Assembly: GCA_004321845.1 (NCBI GenBank)
Contig: SHBL01000002.1
Location: 1 to 45,083, forward strand
DNA: 45,083 nucleotides
Reading direction: 5' to 3'
Source of the DNA: SAR86 cluster bacterium
GTDB lineage: Bacteria > Pseudomonadota > Gammaproteobacteria > Magnimaribacterales > TMED112
A program made the position numbers and the translations under genes. Every line of letters begins with the position of its first letter. The stretch's first letter is position 1. Below, piece after piece: positions 25,865-36,077 of the stretch. The notes under the pieces were generated by a model that saw only the letters and a list, made by a program, of their open reading frames with translations, was not told where the DNA came from and ran no database searches.

Positions 25865-28008
25865 GTCATTTTTCTTTCAATGGTAGTGACTGTTTTATTT
25901 TTCATTAATTTTAAGTTTATTAATTCTAAGTGCTTAATATCTTTAACTAAAATTTTTGCTGTCAACTCTATGAAATTTTCATCTAGATTCCTTGTTAAAA
26001 CACTCTGTATATTTGAGCCATTATTTGAAATAATTTTAGATACATCTGCTAAAGCTCCTGGTTCATTCACTAAGTTCATGGTTAGTGCGGCCAAATATTC
26101 CGCATCTTCATTTTTTTCCCAAATAATATTTGAACATCTGCCTGGTGTATTAAGAAAACCTCTCAAATTTTCACATTTATCTCTATGTATAGTTATGCCA
26201 AGTTCATTATGGACAGCTAAACAAGGATCTCCATGAACTGGAAAGCAACATTCTGGAAATTTGATTGCGCCATATTTTTTTGAAGAACCAATTTTTAGCT
26301 CTGAAGCAACTTCTTTAGATTTTACTGATCCTCTCAAGCCTTCAGCAAAACTTTGAGCAACCATATTACTTCTCTTTCTACCTGAGCCAATATCTACAAG
26401 CAACTGATTAAGAGAACGAACACCAAGAAGACTAAAGACCCCCTTTAATTGTTCATTAGGATACTCACTTAGTTCCATGCCGTCATCATGCAAACTATCT
26501 TCAAGCAGATCTTTCCCTAAAATTCGAGCATCACTAATTTTTATGTCCCTAAGTTCCTTTTTTATTTCGGTAATAGCTTTTGAAGAAATAACAAAATTTA
26601 ACCAAGCTGGATTAACTGTTTTCTTCTTACTTTTTATTATTTCTATTGTTTGACCACTCTTTAAAACTGTCGACAAAGGAGAAAGTTTTTTGTCAATTTC
26701 ACAAGATAAACAATAATTTCCAAGTGAACTATGAACTGCATAAGCAAAATCAATACTTGTAGACCCTTGCTTTAGTGAAAAAATTCTTCCATTAGGTGAA
26801 AAAACATAAACCTCTTTGCCTTTCATATCAGTCTTAATACTTTCAAGGAATTCCATTGAGGAGCTGCTTCTATTACTCATGTCTGTAAGCCTTTGAACAA
26901 GCTGTCTTGATTTAGCTTGAACTTGATCATCATTAACTTTAGTTTTGTAAAGCCCATGTGAAGCGATACCATAATTTGCAAATGTTTCCATTGCAGAAGT
27001 TTGTATTTGAACTTCCATTGGTACACCATCAAATGTCATCACAACTGTATGAAGTGCTTGGTAACCATTCATTTTTGGCACAGCAATATAATCTTTAAAT
27101 TTGCCAGATATGGGTGAAAAAATATTATGAATAGTTCCTAAAGCCCTATAACAGTCTTCACCCTTTTCGACTATCACTCTAAATGCAAAGACATCATAAA
27201 TATCAGAAAACGATTTATGTTTGGTTTTCATTTTTTGATAGATGCTATAGATTCTTTTTTCTCTACCAGTGATTTTGGCTTCAATTTTATTTTTTTTGAA
27301 TTTTGTATTTAATGTTTTTTTGACTTTTGATATTAAGGTTTTTCTATTTAGATCATTTTTCTTAAGTGCTTCAATTATTAATCTATGTCTAATGGGGTGG
27401 ATTGTTTTAAAAGAATAATCTTCTAAATCAGTCGCCATTTTATGCATTCCTATTTGATGGGCTAAAGGAGCATATAGATCGAGAGTTTCTTTGGCCTTTT
27501 TAATCTGTTTTTCTCTTGGCAAATGTTCAATTGTCTTCAGGTTATGCAAACGGTCTGCTAGTTTAATTATTACAACTCTGACATCTGATGCTGTAGCCAA
27601 TGCCATTTTTTGGAAATACTCAGCTTGGCTCTGATCTTTGATTTTATCATCAAGCTTCAAGAGCTTTGTCATACCATCAACTAATGCAGCTACATTTTTT
27701 CCAAATTCTTTCTTAACTGTAGGTAAGGATATTTCACAGTCTTCAACAACATCATGTAATAATCCAGCAATAATGGTATCAGCATCCATTTTTAATGCTG
27801 CAAGTGTCATGCCAACATTTATTGGATGTATGAGGAATGGTTCACCACTTTTTCTGAATTGGCCTTCATGAGCTTTGTCTGCAAATTCAACCGCTTTTCT
27901 TATCTTTTTACTGGAAAGAGGATTTAAATAGATTTTAGATAATTGATTTAGCTCTCCACTAAGACGTGAAGTTTTCGGTTTCTTAAAGAGACTTAATGAT
28001 TCGAACAA
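25861..28008 (-). CDS. spoT: Bifunctional (p)ppGpp synthetase/hydrolase, SpoT type
   Basis: HD hydrolase motifs (LLHDVVED, DRLHN), synthetase region (GYQALHT), and TGS and ACT-like C-terminal regions. Follows rpoZ. Confidence 0.9.
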   Translation of the reverse strand: MFESLSLFKKPKTSRLSGELNQLSKIYLNPLSSKKIRKAVEFADKAHEGQFRKSGEPFLIHPINVGMTLAALKMDADTIIAGLLHDVVEDCEISLPTVKKEFGKNVAALVDGMTKLLKLDDKIKDQSQAEYFQKMALATASDVRVVIIKLADRLHNLKTIEHLPREKQIKKAKETLDLYAPLAHQIGMHKMATDLEDYSFKTIHPIRHRLIIEALKKNDLNRKTLISKVKKTLNTKFKKNKIEAKITGREKRIYSIYQKMKTKHKSFSDIYDVFAFRVIVEKGEDCYRALGTIHNIFSPISGKFKDYIAVPKMNGYQALHTVVMTFDGVPMEVQIQTSAMETFANYGIASHGLYKTKVNDDQVQAKSRQLVQRLTDMSNRSSSSMEFLESIKTDMKGKEVYVFSPNGRIFSLKQGSTSIDFAYAVHSSLGNYCLSCEIDKKLSPLSTVLKSGQTIEIIKSKKKTVNPAWLNFVISSKAITEIKKELRDIKISDARILGKDLLEDSLHDDGMELSEYPNEQLKGVFSLLGVRSLNQLLVDIGSGRKRSNMVAQSFAEGLRGSVKSKEVASELKIGSSKKYGAIKFPECCFPVHGDPCLAVHNELGITIHRDKCENLRGFLNTPGRCSNIIWEKNEDAEYLAALTMNLVNEPGALADVSKIISNNGSNIQSVLTRNLDENFIELTAKILVKDIKHLELINLKLMKNKTVTTIERKMT

Positions 28009-28017
28009 TGATTTTAT

Positions 28018-28260
28018 CTACTCCTCATCATCATTATCAAGAAAAACTTCTTCAGTGTCACTAGGTGAAGTGTAGTCTTCGTCTAATGCACCTGCAGCTA
28101 TTTCACGTAATGCGATGATTGTAGGCTTATCATTTTCAGGTTCAACTAAGGGCTCAGCACTAGTTGAGATTAAATCTCTTGCTCTTTTTGATGCCTTTAA
28201 AACAAGGTCGAATCTACTTTCGACCTTTTCAAGACAATCTTCTACTGTAATTCTAGCCAT
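28018..28260 (-). CDS. rpoZ: RNA polymerase omega subunit
   Basis: [30 protein letters not shown] is the canonical omega N-terminus. Confidence 0.95.
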   Translation of the reverse strand: MARITVEDCLEKVESRFDLVLKASKRARDLISTSAEPLVEPENDKPTIIALREIAAGALDEDYTSPSDTEEVFLDNDDEE

Positions 28261-28825
28261 GGGTTTCTCTGAACATGATATTTAAAAGGTTTTTCGTTGC
28301 TATGTCTAGTGAAATATTGCTTATTTGATGCCTAAAGTTCTTAGATTGATCTAATTCAGTCTGTGCACCTTTGATTCTTCTTTCTATGACTTCTTCTGAG
28401 TCTAGGCCCCTATCGGTAAGTCTTTTTCGCAACTCATCAACTGAGGGAGGAGAGATAAAAATACTTTCTGCATCAGGATAATGCTTCATTATTTGTAAGG
28501 CTCCTTGCCAATCAATTTCTAATAAGATCTTGTTTCCGTCTTTAAGTTTATTCTCAATTTCACTTTTAGGCGTTCCATACAGATTGCCGTGGACTAAGGC
28601 ATATTCTAGATACTCATCTTGAGCAATATTTTTTTTAAACTCATCTTCATTTATGAATAAGTAGTCTTTGCCATCTTCCTCTCCTGCTCTTGGATTTCTT
28701 GTAGTATGAGAAACTGCTAGATAAACTTTCTCACTAATTTCTTTTGCATGATCAATAGCTCTTTTTATTAATGTTGTTTTACCAGCTCCAGACGGTGCTG
28801 TAATGATGAAAAGGTTATTCGACAT
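28253..28825 (-). CDS. gmk: Guanylate kinase
   Basis: P-loop [12 protein letters not shown] and [17 protein letters not shown] motifs. Start taken at the internal Met (28825). Confidence 0.95.
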   Translation of the reverse strand: MSNNLFIITAPSGAGKTTLIKRAIDHAKEISEKVYLAVSHTTRNPRAGEEDGKDYLFINEDEFKKNIAQDEYLEYALVHGNLYGTPKSEIENKLKDGNKILLEIDWQGALQIMKHYPDAESIFISPPSVDELRKRLTDRGLDSEEVIERRIKGAQTELDQSKNFRHQISNISLDIATKNLLNIMFRETHG

Positions 28826-29660
28826 TCTGAGCATGTTCCTTCATTTTTTCTATCAAGCTTTTGAGTTCTACTGCTTCATTTTTAATTTCTGCTATCAGCG
28901 CTTTTGAGCTTAAAGTGTTTGTTTCTCTCAACATTTCCTGCGTATAAAAATCTAACTTTTTGCCAATAAGATCTTTAGATTTCATAAGTTTACTAACCAA
29001 ATCTAAGTGAGATTGAAACCTTACTACCTCTTCGTTAATGTCAGCTTTATTAAAAGATGAAAATACTTCATTCATATTGATTTCTTTATTGCTGAGTTTG
29101 AGTTCTGACTTAATTCTTTTGAATTTTTTCTGCATATGCTGAGTATTATGCTTTTCCATTCTTTTAATTTTATTGATCGACTTCTGCATCTTAGATGACA
29201 GTTTTTTCATATCAGCACTTATGGTCTTACCTTCTGCTTCTCTTGTTTTAGCCAGCTTAGCCAGAGATTTTTTAATTAAAGTCTTTAACGCTATTTCACT
29301 CAGCACATAATCACTTTGAATCGAGTCTCTGAGCCTAACTAAATCCAAATAAGAAGCACCAACTAGATCCAATCCTTTTGATTTTGCATTTTTTTCGTTT
29401 TGTTTAACTAATTTTATGAAGCTATCTGAAACCTTAAGGTGTTCTTTTGGAGGTGATGTGTAGTGCAAATCCATATCAATCTTGCCTCTACCAAAACTTT
29501 TTTTAATTAGATCTCTTATCCAGCCTTCATGTTTCTTCAGGTTATTGGGTAGTTTGATATTTACCTCAATAAATCTGCTATTTAGAGATTTAACAAAGCA
29601 TTTAAATTGAATGCCGTCTTTGTTTAAGCTTGCTTCACTGAAGCCTGTCATGCTTTTCAT
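28815..29660 (-). CDS. yicC: YicC family stress-induced protein
   Basis: MKSMTGFSEAS N-terminus and C-terminal EMLRETNTLSSK / EHAQNVE pattern characteristic of YicC. 281 aa. Confidence 0.85.
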   Translation of the reverse strand: MKSMTGFSEASLNKDGIQFKCFVKSLNSRFIEVNIKLPNNLKKHEGWIRDLIKKSFGRGKIDMDLHYTSPPKEHLKVSDSFIKLVKQNEKNAKSKGLDLVGASYLDLVRLRDSIQSDYVLSEIALKTLIKKSLAKLAKTREAEGKTISADMKKLSSKMQKSINKIKRMEKHNTQHMQKKFKRIKSELKLSNKEINMNEVFSSFNKADINEEVVRFQSHLDLVSKLMKSKDLIGKKLDFYTQEMLRETNTLSSKALIAEIKNEAVELKSLIEKMKEHAQNVE

Positions 29661-30388
29661 TTTATTTGCTCAATACTTTTATATTTAAATCGCGAGATAT
29701 CATTGTAGTGTATAGATTTTACCGCAGCGTTTACAGGTTCGCCCTCAAAAGCAGGATCAAAATCAGAGTATTTCATATATATAGGCATTACTACGTTCAC
29801 AAGTCTTTGGCTTATATCTCCTTTTAAGATATTGAGCATAAGATTCAGAACATCACTGATGAAAATTCCATTTATATATTTGTTGCTTGTAAATAGTCTC
29901 TTTTGAAGTACAAGTTGTACAAAATTTGATTTGCTAGTAATCAATCCACCAAGCCTAAGAACTATGGTGCTTTCATGGCTCATAACCTCTTGCTCATATT
30001 CATTAATGATCTTGCCCTGTTCATCTCCAGGTTTTGAAGGAGTATCCTCATTAACAATAATATTGGAATACCCTGAAAAAACTCTTGTTGAAGAAATAAA
30101 AATTCTTTTAGCAGAAGAAAAGTTATCTTTTATGGTTTTAAGCTGGGAAAGATATCCATTTCTGTAAGCATCTGCATCATTGCCATCTGTTTTTGGAAAG
30201 AAAATAATCCAATCAAAAATATGATTCATAATTTGGTTGGGCAAGCCCAGCGTATAATCGCAGTTAATTATTTCAACATTCGATAAATTAGATGAGCCTG
30301 ATCTTCTTATGCCTATAAATTCAAAATCTTTATTTAATTTTGCAAATTCCTCTGCAATTTCACCAAAACCAATAATTAAAATTTTCAT
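29657..30388 (-). CDS. NAD(P)-binding Rossmann-fold protein (atypical short SDR/epimerase-like)
   Basis: N-terminal MKILIIGFGEIAEE beta-alpha-beta and ISSTRVF segment. I cannot see a clear YxxxK catalytic motif. Confidence 0.45.
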   Translation of the reverse strand: MKILIIGFGEIAEEFAKLNKDFEFIGIRRSGSSNLSNVEIINCDYTLGLPNQIMNHIFDWIIFFPKTDGNDADAYRNGYLSQLKTIKDNFSSAKRIFISSTRVFSGYSNIIVNEDTPSKPGDEQGKIINEYEQEVMSHESTIVLRLGGLITSKSNFVQLVLQKRLFTSNKYINGIFISDVLNLMLNILKGDISQRLVNVVMPIYMKYSDFDPAFEGEPVNAAVKSIHYNDISRFKYKSIEQIK

Positions 30389-30419
30389 TTTTTTCTCTAA
30401 AACATAATAATAAATATAT

Positions 30420-32477
30420 ATGTCATCAGATCAAAAGATAAAAGCATCTTCATTGTTAGTTTCAACGATTAAAGGTGTAGGTGAAAAATTATCATCTACA
30501 TTATCTAAACTAGGGATCAAAACTATTGAGAATCTGCTTTTTCACTTTCCTATTGGTTATCAAGATAGAACAACACTTAAAAAAATTGCTGAACTTGAGC
30601 CAAACCAAGATTTTGTTGTACAGGGTGTTATAGAAAAGGTTTCGCAAACATTTGTCCCACGAAAAATGCTTTTGGTCAAAATTAAAGATAATACTGGCCA
30701 TTTATATCTAAGATTCTTTTACTATTTTCCCGGATTACGGAATATCTTTAAAGAAGGGGTATTAATACAAGTCTCTGGCTCATCTCGTTTAGGAAGGTTT
30801 GGTCTTGAAACTATTCACCCTGAATATGAAATCGTAAAAGGCAATGAATTTAAACCACAAATTCTTGCAAAATATCCACTAACCAAAGGTATTTCTCATC
30901 AGAAGATGAGAAAACTAATTTCTGAAGCTGTTGAATTAATAAAGCAAGAAAAAATTGAAGTCACAGATCTTATGCCTGCACATAATTTTTCAAATCTGAA
31001 TGAGTCTATTATTAATGTTCATTCCCCAGATCCAAAAAGCAATATTGAAGATTTTCTAGTTGGCGGCAACTCAGAAGCTAGAAAGAGAATAGGTCTTGAA
31101 GAAATGGTTGCAAATAAAATTAGCTATTTATCAATTAGGGAACAAAATAAAAATAGAATAACCAGCTCATTTCAAAACGATAATTTAGCCAAAGAGATTA
31201 ATGCAGGTTTAGCTTTCAAATTAACGGATGACCAGGTATCAGCTTATGAGGAAATAAGAGCAGATATAGCCACTCAAACTCCAATGTTACGACTGCTTCA
31301 GGGTGATGTAGGATCAGGCAAGACCATTGTTGCGGGTTTAGTTGCAGCACATGTTGTAGAAGACAAAAGGCAGGTCGCTATTCTTGCACCAACAACGATT
31401 TTAGCGAATCAGCATTATCAGAATTTTGTGGAGTGGTTTGGCGCAGAAGAAGTTCAATTACTTACTTCTAAAATTCCCGCAAAAGAAAAAAGGTTAATTT
31501 ATGAAAATATCGCTGAAGGTAAAACAAAAATAATTATTGGCACGCATGCGGTCTTCCAAGAAGGTGTCTCTTACAAAAATTTATCTCTTGTCATATACGA
31601 TGAGCAACATAGGTTTGGGGTCAGCCAAAGATTGAAACTAAAAGAAAAAGCAGAGGACTATCCACATCAATTACTGTTATCTGCAACTCCTATACCAAGA
31701 ACTATGGCTATGGGTGTCTTGTCAGGATTAGACATATCAACGATTAAGTCACTGCCACCAAACAGAACACCGATAGTTACTACAACATTGTCTAACAACA
31801 GAAGAGATGCCCTGATCAATAGAATTAGAAGTGCTATCAGCAAAGATTCACAAGTTTATTGGGTCTGTCCTCTCATAGATGAGAGTGAAAGCGAACTTAT
31901 TGGCATTGAAGATTTAGAGAAAATACTAAAGAAGGAGTTTGATTCTCAAGACTATGAGATTATTCACGGCAAAATGAAAGATGCAGATAAGCAACAAATC
32001 CTTCAAGATTTTAAAGACAAGAAAACAAAGATTTTGTTGGCGACAACTGTTATTGAAGTTGGAATAGATGTGCCAGATGCAAATATCATGGTGATTGAAA
32101 ACTCAGAGCGCTTTGGGCTAGCCCAGCTGCACCAACTAAGAGGCAGAGTTGGCAGAGGAGAGAAAGAAAGCTTCTGTATTTTGATGCATAGCGACTCACT
32201 CACTGAATTATCTGAAAAGCGTCTTGAGATCATCACTGAAACAAACGATGGTTTTGTCATCGCTGAAGAAGATCTTAAATTGAGAGGTCCTGGCGATATT
32301 CTCGGACTATCGCAAACAGGTCAACCAAGCTTCACTTTTTTTGACTTACTAGCAAATGAGGAACTACAGATTGAAGCAGAACGACTTGCTCAAGAAGTTA
32401 TCAAACTGCCTGCTGAGCAACAAAGAAGAATAGTTGAGAGATGGTTCCCAGCACATCTAGAATTATCTGATGTTTAA
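30420..32477 (+). CDS. recG: ATP-dependent DNA helicase RecG
   Basis: GDVGSGKT, DEQHRFG, SATPIPRT and QLHQLRGRVGRG helicase motifs. 685 aa with an N-terminal wedge region. Confidence 0.95.
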   Translation: MSSDQKIKASSLLVSTIKGVGEKLSSTLSKLGIKTIENLLFHFPIGYQDRTTLKKIAELEPNQDFVVQGVIEKVSQTFVPRKMLLVKIKDNTGHLYLRFFYYFPGLRNIFKEGVLIQVSGSSRLGRFGLETIHPEYEIVKGNEFKPQILAKYPLTKGISHQKMRKLISEAVELIKQEKIEVTDLMPAHNFSNLNESIINVHSPDPKSNIEDFLVGGNSEARKRIGLEEMVANKISYLSIREQNKNRITSSFQNDNLAKEINAGLAFKLTDDQVSAYEEIRADIATQTPMLRLLQGDVGSGKTIVAGLVAAHVVEDKRQVAILAPTTILANQHYQNFVEWFGAEEVQLLTSKIPAKEKRLIYENIAEGKTKIIIGTHAVFQEGVSYKNLSLVIYDEQHRFGVSQRLKLKEKAEDYPHQLLLSATPIPRTMAMGVLSGLDISTIKSLPPNRTPIVTTTLSNNRRDALINRIRSAISKDSQVYWVCPLIDESESELIGIEDLEKILKKEFDSQDYEIIHGKMKDADKQQILQDFKDKKTKILLATTVIEVGIDVPDANIMVIENSERFGLAQLHQLRGRVGRGEKESFCILMHSDSLTELSEKRLEIITETNDGFVIAEEDLKLRGPGDILGLSQTGQPSFTFFDLLANEELQIEAERLAQEVIKLPAEQQRRIVERWFPAHLELSDV

Positions 32478-32493
32478 ATTCTCTTTTTCTTAA

Positions 32494-32799
32494 CTATTTC
32501 TTTTCTGGATTCTTTATTATTGGTGTGTTGTCTTCTAGCTCTCCGATAATTTCTTTATCGGATATATAACCTTCTTTAATAAAATAATCATCTTGACCAG
32601 ACCAATGGTCTTTATGCTCTGATTTATATGCATATTTTCTAAAATTAAGTTTATTCTTCGCCTCAAGAAGTTGTCTTATTCTTTTTAGATTTCTTCCAAT
32701 TCCAAAGAAAACAACTAAAACAATAATTACTAGTATTAGATCGAGGAATGCACCAAAATAAAAAAGTTGTGGGTCGTTATCAAAAAGTATAATGAACAT
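32494..32799 (-). CDS. Small single-pass membrane protein, unknown function
   Basis: 101 aa; one hydrophobic helix (FGAFLDLILVIIVLVVFFGIG) followed by a charged tail. Starts 9 nt after the hppA stop. No family recognised. Confidence 0.4.
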   Translation of the reverse strand: MFIILFDNDPQLFYFGAFLDLILVIIVLVVFFGIGRNLKRIRQLLEAKNKLNFRKYAYKSEHKDHWSGQDDYFIKEGYISDKEIIGELEDNTPIIKNPEKK

Positions 32800-32808
32800 A
32801 GTTTATCT

Positions 32809-34821
32809 CTACAAAAGTGGAGCTATCACCAAGCTAACAATAGCCATTACATTTATTAAGATATTCATAGCAGGTCCAGAGGTGTCCTTGAATGGATCTC
32901 CAACCGTATCACCAACAACTGTTGCTGAATGAGTGTCTGTACCTTTGCCACCGAAGTTTCCTTTTTCAACAAACTTCTTAGCGTTATCCCATGCGCCACC
33001 TGCGTTAGCCATCATTAATGCCATTAAGACACAACCTAATAGTGCTCCTGCTAGCATGCCACCAAGATGAACAGGCCCTAAAGCGAACCCAATTACGACT
33101 GGTGAGCCTATAGCAATTGCTCCTGGTAGAAGCATCTTGTTTAGCGCTGCTTTAGTTGCAATATCAACACACTTAGCATTATCCGGTTCAGCCTTGCCCT
33201 CAAGCAAACCTGGTATTTCTCTAAATTGTCTTCTGATTTCTTCAATCATTTCAAACGCTGCATCTCCAACTGCTGTCATTGTGATAGATGAAACTAAGAA
33301 TGGAATTGTGCCCCCAATGAACATACCCATTAGTACTCTTGGGTCATTTAGGGAAAGTGATTCTAATCCTGTAGCTATCATATAAGCTGCAATAATTGCC
33401 AGAGCAGCTAAAGCTGCTGCACCGATGGCAAAACCTTTACCTATTGCGGCTGTTGTATTGCCAAGCTCATCTAGAGAGTCTGTAATCTCTCTAACTTCTG
33501 GTTTCATGCCACTCATTTCTGCAATACCGCCAGCGTTATCAGCAATTGGACCATATGCGTCAATAGCCATAGTTATGCCTACTGTGGCAAGCATGCCTAC
33601 TGCAGCTATACCTACGCCATAAAGCCCTGTGAAATAAGTTGAAACCCCAATGATGCCTGCAATTATAAATAACGGCAGAACAACAGACTGCATACCAACA
33701 CTAAGACCAGTTATCATGACAGTTGCTGGTCCAGTCTCGCCAGACTTAGCAATTTTACCTACTGGTGAATCTTCAGTGTCACCGCCTGTGTAATACTCTG
33801 TGATAAGACCAATCATGATTCCACCAACTGCTCCGGTCACAACAGAATAGAAAACTTCAATCTCAATATTAGGTGAATAATAAATACTTAAACCTGCAAA
33901 AATTAAAAATATAATCGGGGAAAAGAATGTACCAAATCTCAAGGCTACAGCTGGTGACTTGGATACTTGTGTTCTAACGATAAGAATTCCTAGCAGAGAA
34001 CAGAACAAGCCTGCTGCTGCAAGCCATAAAGGCAAGAACATTAGATCTGTGTTTCCATAAGAAGCTGCAATAGCCATTGATGCGATCATTGCACCACAAT
34101 AAGACTCAAATATATCAGAGCCCATGCCAGCTATATCACCAACATTATCTCCAACATTGTCTGCAATCACACCTGGGTTTCTTGGATCATCTTCAGGGAT
34201 GCCTGCTTCAATTTTTCCGACTAAATCTGCACCTACATCAGCACTTTTAGTAAAGATGCCGCCGCCAACTCTTGAGAACAGAGCCACTGCTGACGCACCG
34301 ACACCGAAACCTTCTAATGATTTTGCTATTTTATCTGGATCTTCTATAGCGCCACTAAAATAAACATACAGACCACCAAGACCGACTAAGCCCATTGAAG
34401 CTACACATAAGCCCATGATTGATCCGCCAAAAAATGAAATAGATAGAGCTTGTTCTTGACCTGAACTTTCTGCAGCCGTAGCTGTTCTAACATTTGCTTG
34501 GGTAGCAGAATACATACCAATAAAACCAGCGATTGCTGAAGATAAAGCACCAACTGCAATTGCTGTTGCTGTGTACCATCCTAGTGGCGAAAGACCGCAT
34601 GCTATGACAAGTGCAATGACTACTGGTGTAAGAATCTTATACTCAGTAATCATGAAGACTTTAGCGCCTAGGTGTATTTGATCACCTATTTTTACAACTG
34701 AACCTTTTCCTGCTGGATACTTCATAATCAATCCATACAGAACAAAGGCACAAACTAATCCAATGATTCCTGTTGCAACAGGTCCCCAAGGAGTCATCGG
34801 TCCAATAATAAAATTTTCCAT
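32809..34821 (-). CDS. hppA: Membrane-integral ion-translocating pyrophosphatase (K+-dependent-type signature)
   Basis: GGIFTKSADVGADLVGK, DNVGDNVGD, GNTTAAIGKGFAIG and GDTVGDPFKDT motifs. 670 aa, polytopic. Confidence 0.95.
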   Translation of the reverse strand: MENFIIGPMTPWGPVATGIIGLVCAFVLYGLIMKYPAGKGSVVKIGDQIHLGAKVFMITEYKILTPVVIALVIACGLSPLGWYTATAIAVGALSSAIAGFIGMYSATQANVRTATAAESSGQEQALSISFFGGSIMGLCVASMGLVGLGGLYVYFSGAIEDPDKIAKSLEGFGVGASAVALFSRVGGGIFTKSADVGADLVGKIEAGIPEDDPRNPGVIADNVGDNVGDIAGMGSDIFESYCGAMIASMAIAASYGNTDLMFLPLWLAAAGLFCSLLGILIVRTQVSKSPAVALRFGTFFSPIIFLIFAGLSIYYSPNIEIEVFYSVVTGAVGGIMIGLITEYYTGGDTEDSPVGKIAKSGETGPATVMITGLSVGMQSVVLPLFIIAGIIGVSTYFTGLYGVGIAAVGMLATVGITMAIDAYGPIADNAGGIAEMSGMKPEVREITDSLDELGNTTAAIGKGFAIGAAALAALAIIAAYMIATGLESLSLNDPRVLMGMFIGGTIPFLVSSITMTAVGDAAFEMIEEIRRQFREIPGLLEGKAEPDNAKCVDIATKAALNKMLLPGAIAIGSPVVIGFALGPVHLGGMLAGALLGCVLMALMMANAGGAWDNAKKFVEKGNFGGKGTDTHSATVVGDTVGDPFKDTSGPAMNILINVMAIVSLVIAPLL

Positions 34822-34826
34822 AATTT

Positions 34827-36077
34827 CTATCCGTTATATATTTGTTCGTCTAATTCATTTTCAGATTTAGCTACTATACATGACACAGCTGCATCTCCGC
34901 AAACATTTACAGCTGTTCTAATCATGTCGAGAATCCTATCTACAGCAAGTATTAAGCCAATCGCATCAAGAGGCAATCCTACAGAACCTAAGATTAATGC
35001 CAGAGTAACTGTGCCGGCAGATGGCACTGCTGCAGTGCCAATAGATGTGATGATGGCAAGCAAAACTATCTGAGCATACTGCACCAGACTTAAATCCACA
35101 CCAACTGTGCTTGCTATAAACATGGTTGCTAAACCCTGCATAATAGCTGTACCGTCCATATTTATTGTTGCTCCAACTGGCACAACAAAAGACGAAACAT
35201 CTTTTTTTACACCCAAGTCATCGCTTACAGTTTTAAGTGTTACTGGTATTGTCGCTGCCGATGAAGAAGTTGAAAAAGCAAATAAAGCTACATTCCTCAT
35301 CTTTCTGAAGAATATAAGTGGATTCAAATTCGCAAGGAGCTTAAGGAGCAAAGAATAAGTTACGGTCAAATGAAATAGCAATACAAAGATTAAGAGAACT
35401 ACATATTGAACCAAATCACCAAAAATATTTAAACCCTTGGCCATAACGTAACTGCCCATTAAACAAAAGACACCAACCGGTGCAAAACTCATGATTAATA
35501 GAACTATTTTTAAGAAGACAATATTAAAGCGTTCAAAAGCTTTAGATAGACCGCCAGTTAATTCATCAGTAAGGTTTAACGCTATTCCAAACAAAATACT
35601 TATGAAAACTATGCCAAGCATATTATTTTCAACAAACGCACCAAACATATTATTTGGAAAAATTCTGAGCACGGTATTGTATAGGCTTGCTTCGCCTCCT
35701 GCCGGAGTGAAACTTTCTACTTGACCTTCATAGCCTGACAGATTAAATATCCATCCAAATATCAATGCTGTAGAAACGGCTATACCAGTGGTAAATAGGT
35801 ATAGGCCAATAGTTTTACTTGCGATTGAACCTAATTTGACCATGTTAGATAAAGAAGAAATGCCCGCAACCAACGAAAAGAAGACTAAAGGCACAACAAC
35901 CAGCATTAATAAATTTTTAAATATTTGTCCGCCTAAGTTAAAGACATACTTCTCAACGAAATCAAATAGCATTGTAGAGTTCTGGTAGTAATGAAAAAAT
36001 GCAGCTACTAGCACGCCTAATGCCATGCCAATAAGAACATTTCTGGTTAAATTTTTTGGTGCAGAAAGAATGCTCAT
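34827..36077 (-). CDS. Dicarboxylate/amino acid:cation symporter (DAACS/SDF family)
   Basis: TSSSAATIPVTL, VGATINMDGTA, AAVPSAG and DRILDMIRTAVNVCGDA family motifs. 416 aa. Confidence 0.9.
   Translation of the reverse strand: MSILSAPKNLTRNVLIGMALGVLVAAFFHYYQNSTMLFDFVEKYVFNLGGQIFKNLLMLVVVPLVFFSLVAGISSLSNMVKLGSIASKTIGLYLFTTGIAVSTALIFGWIFNLSGYEGQVESFTPAGGEASLYNTVLRIFPNNMFGAFVENNMLGIVFISILFGIALNLTDELTGGLSKAFERFNIVFLKIVLLIMSFAPVGVFCLMGSYVMAKGLNIFGDLVQYVVLLIFVLLFHLTVTYSLLLKLLANLNPLIFFRKMRNVALFAFSTSSSAATIPVTLKTVSDDLGVKKDVSSFVVPVGATINMDGTAIMQGLATMFIASTVGVDLSLVQYAQIVLLAIITSIGTAAVPSAGTVTLALILGSVGLPLDAIGLILAVDRILDMIRTAVNVCGDAAVSCIVAKSENELDEQIYNG

Noticed and set aside
33137-34363. Several 65-82-aa plus-strand ORFs inside hppA
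   Set aside because: They are shadow ORFs generated by the Gly/Ala/Val-rich, locally GC-richer pyrophosphatase coding sequence. They are mutually unconnected and in different frames.
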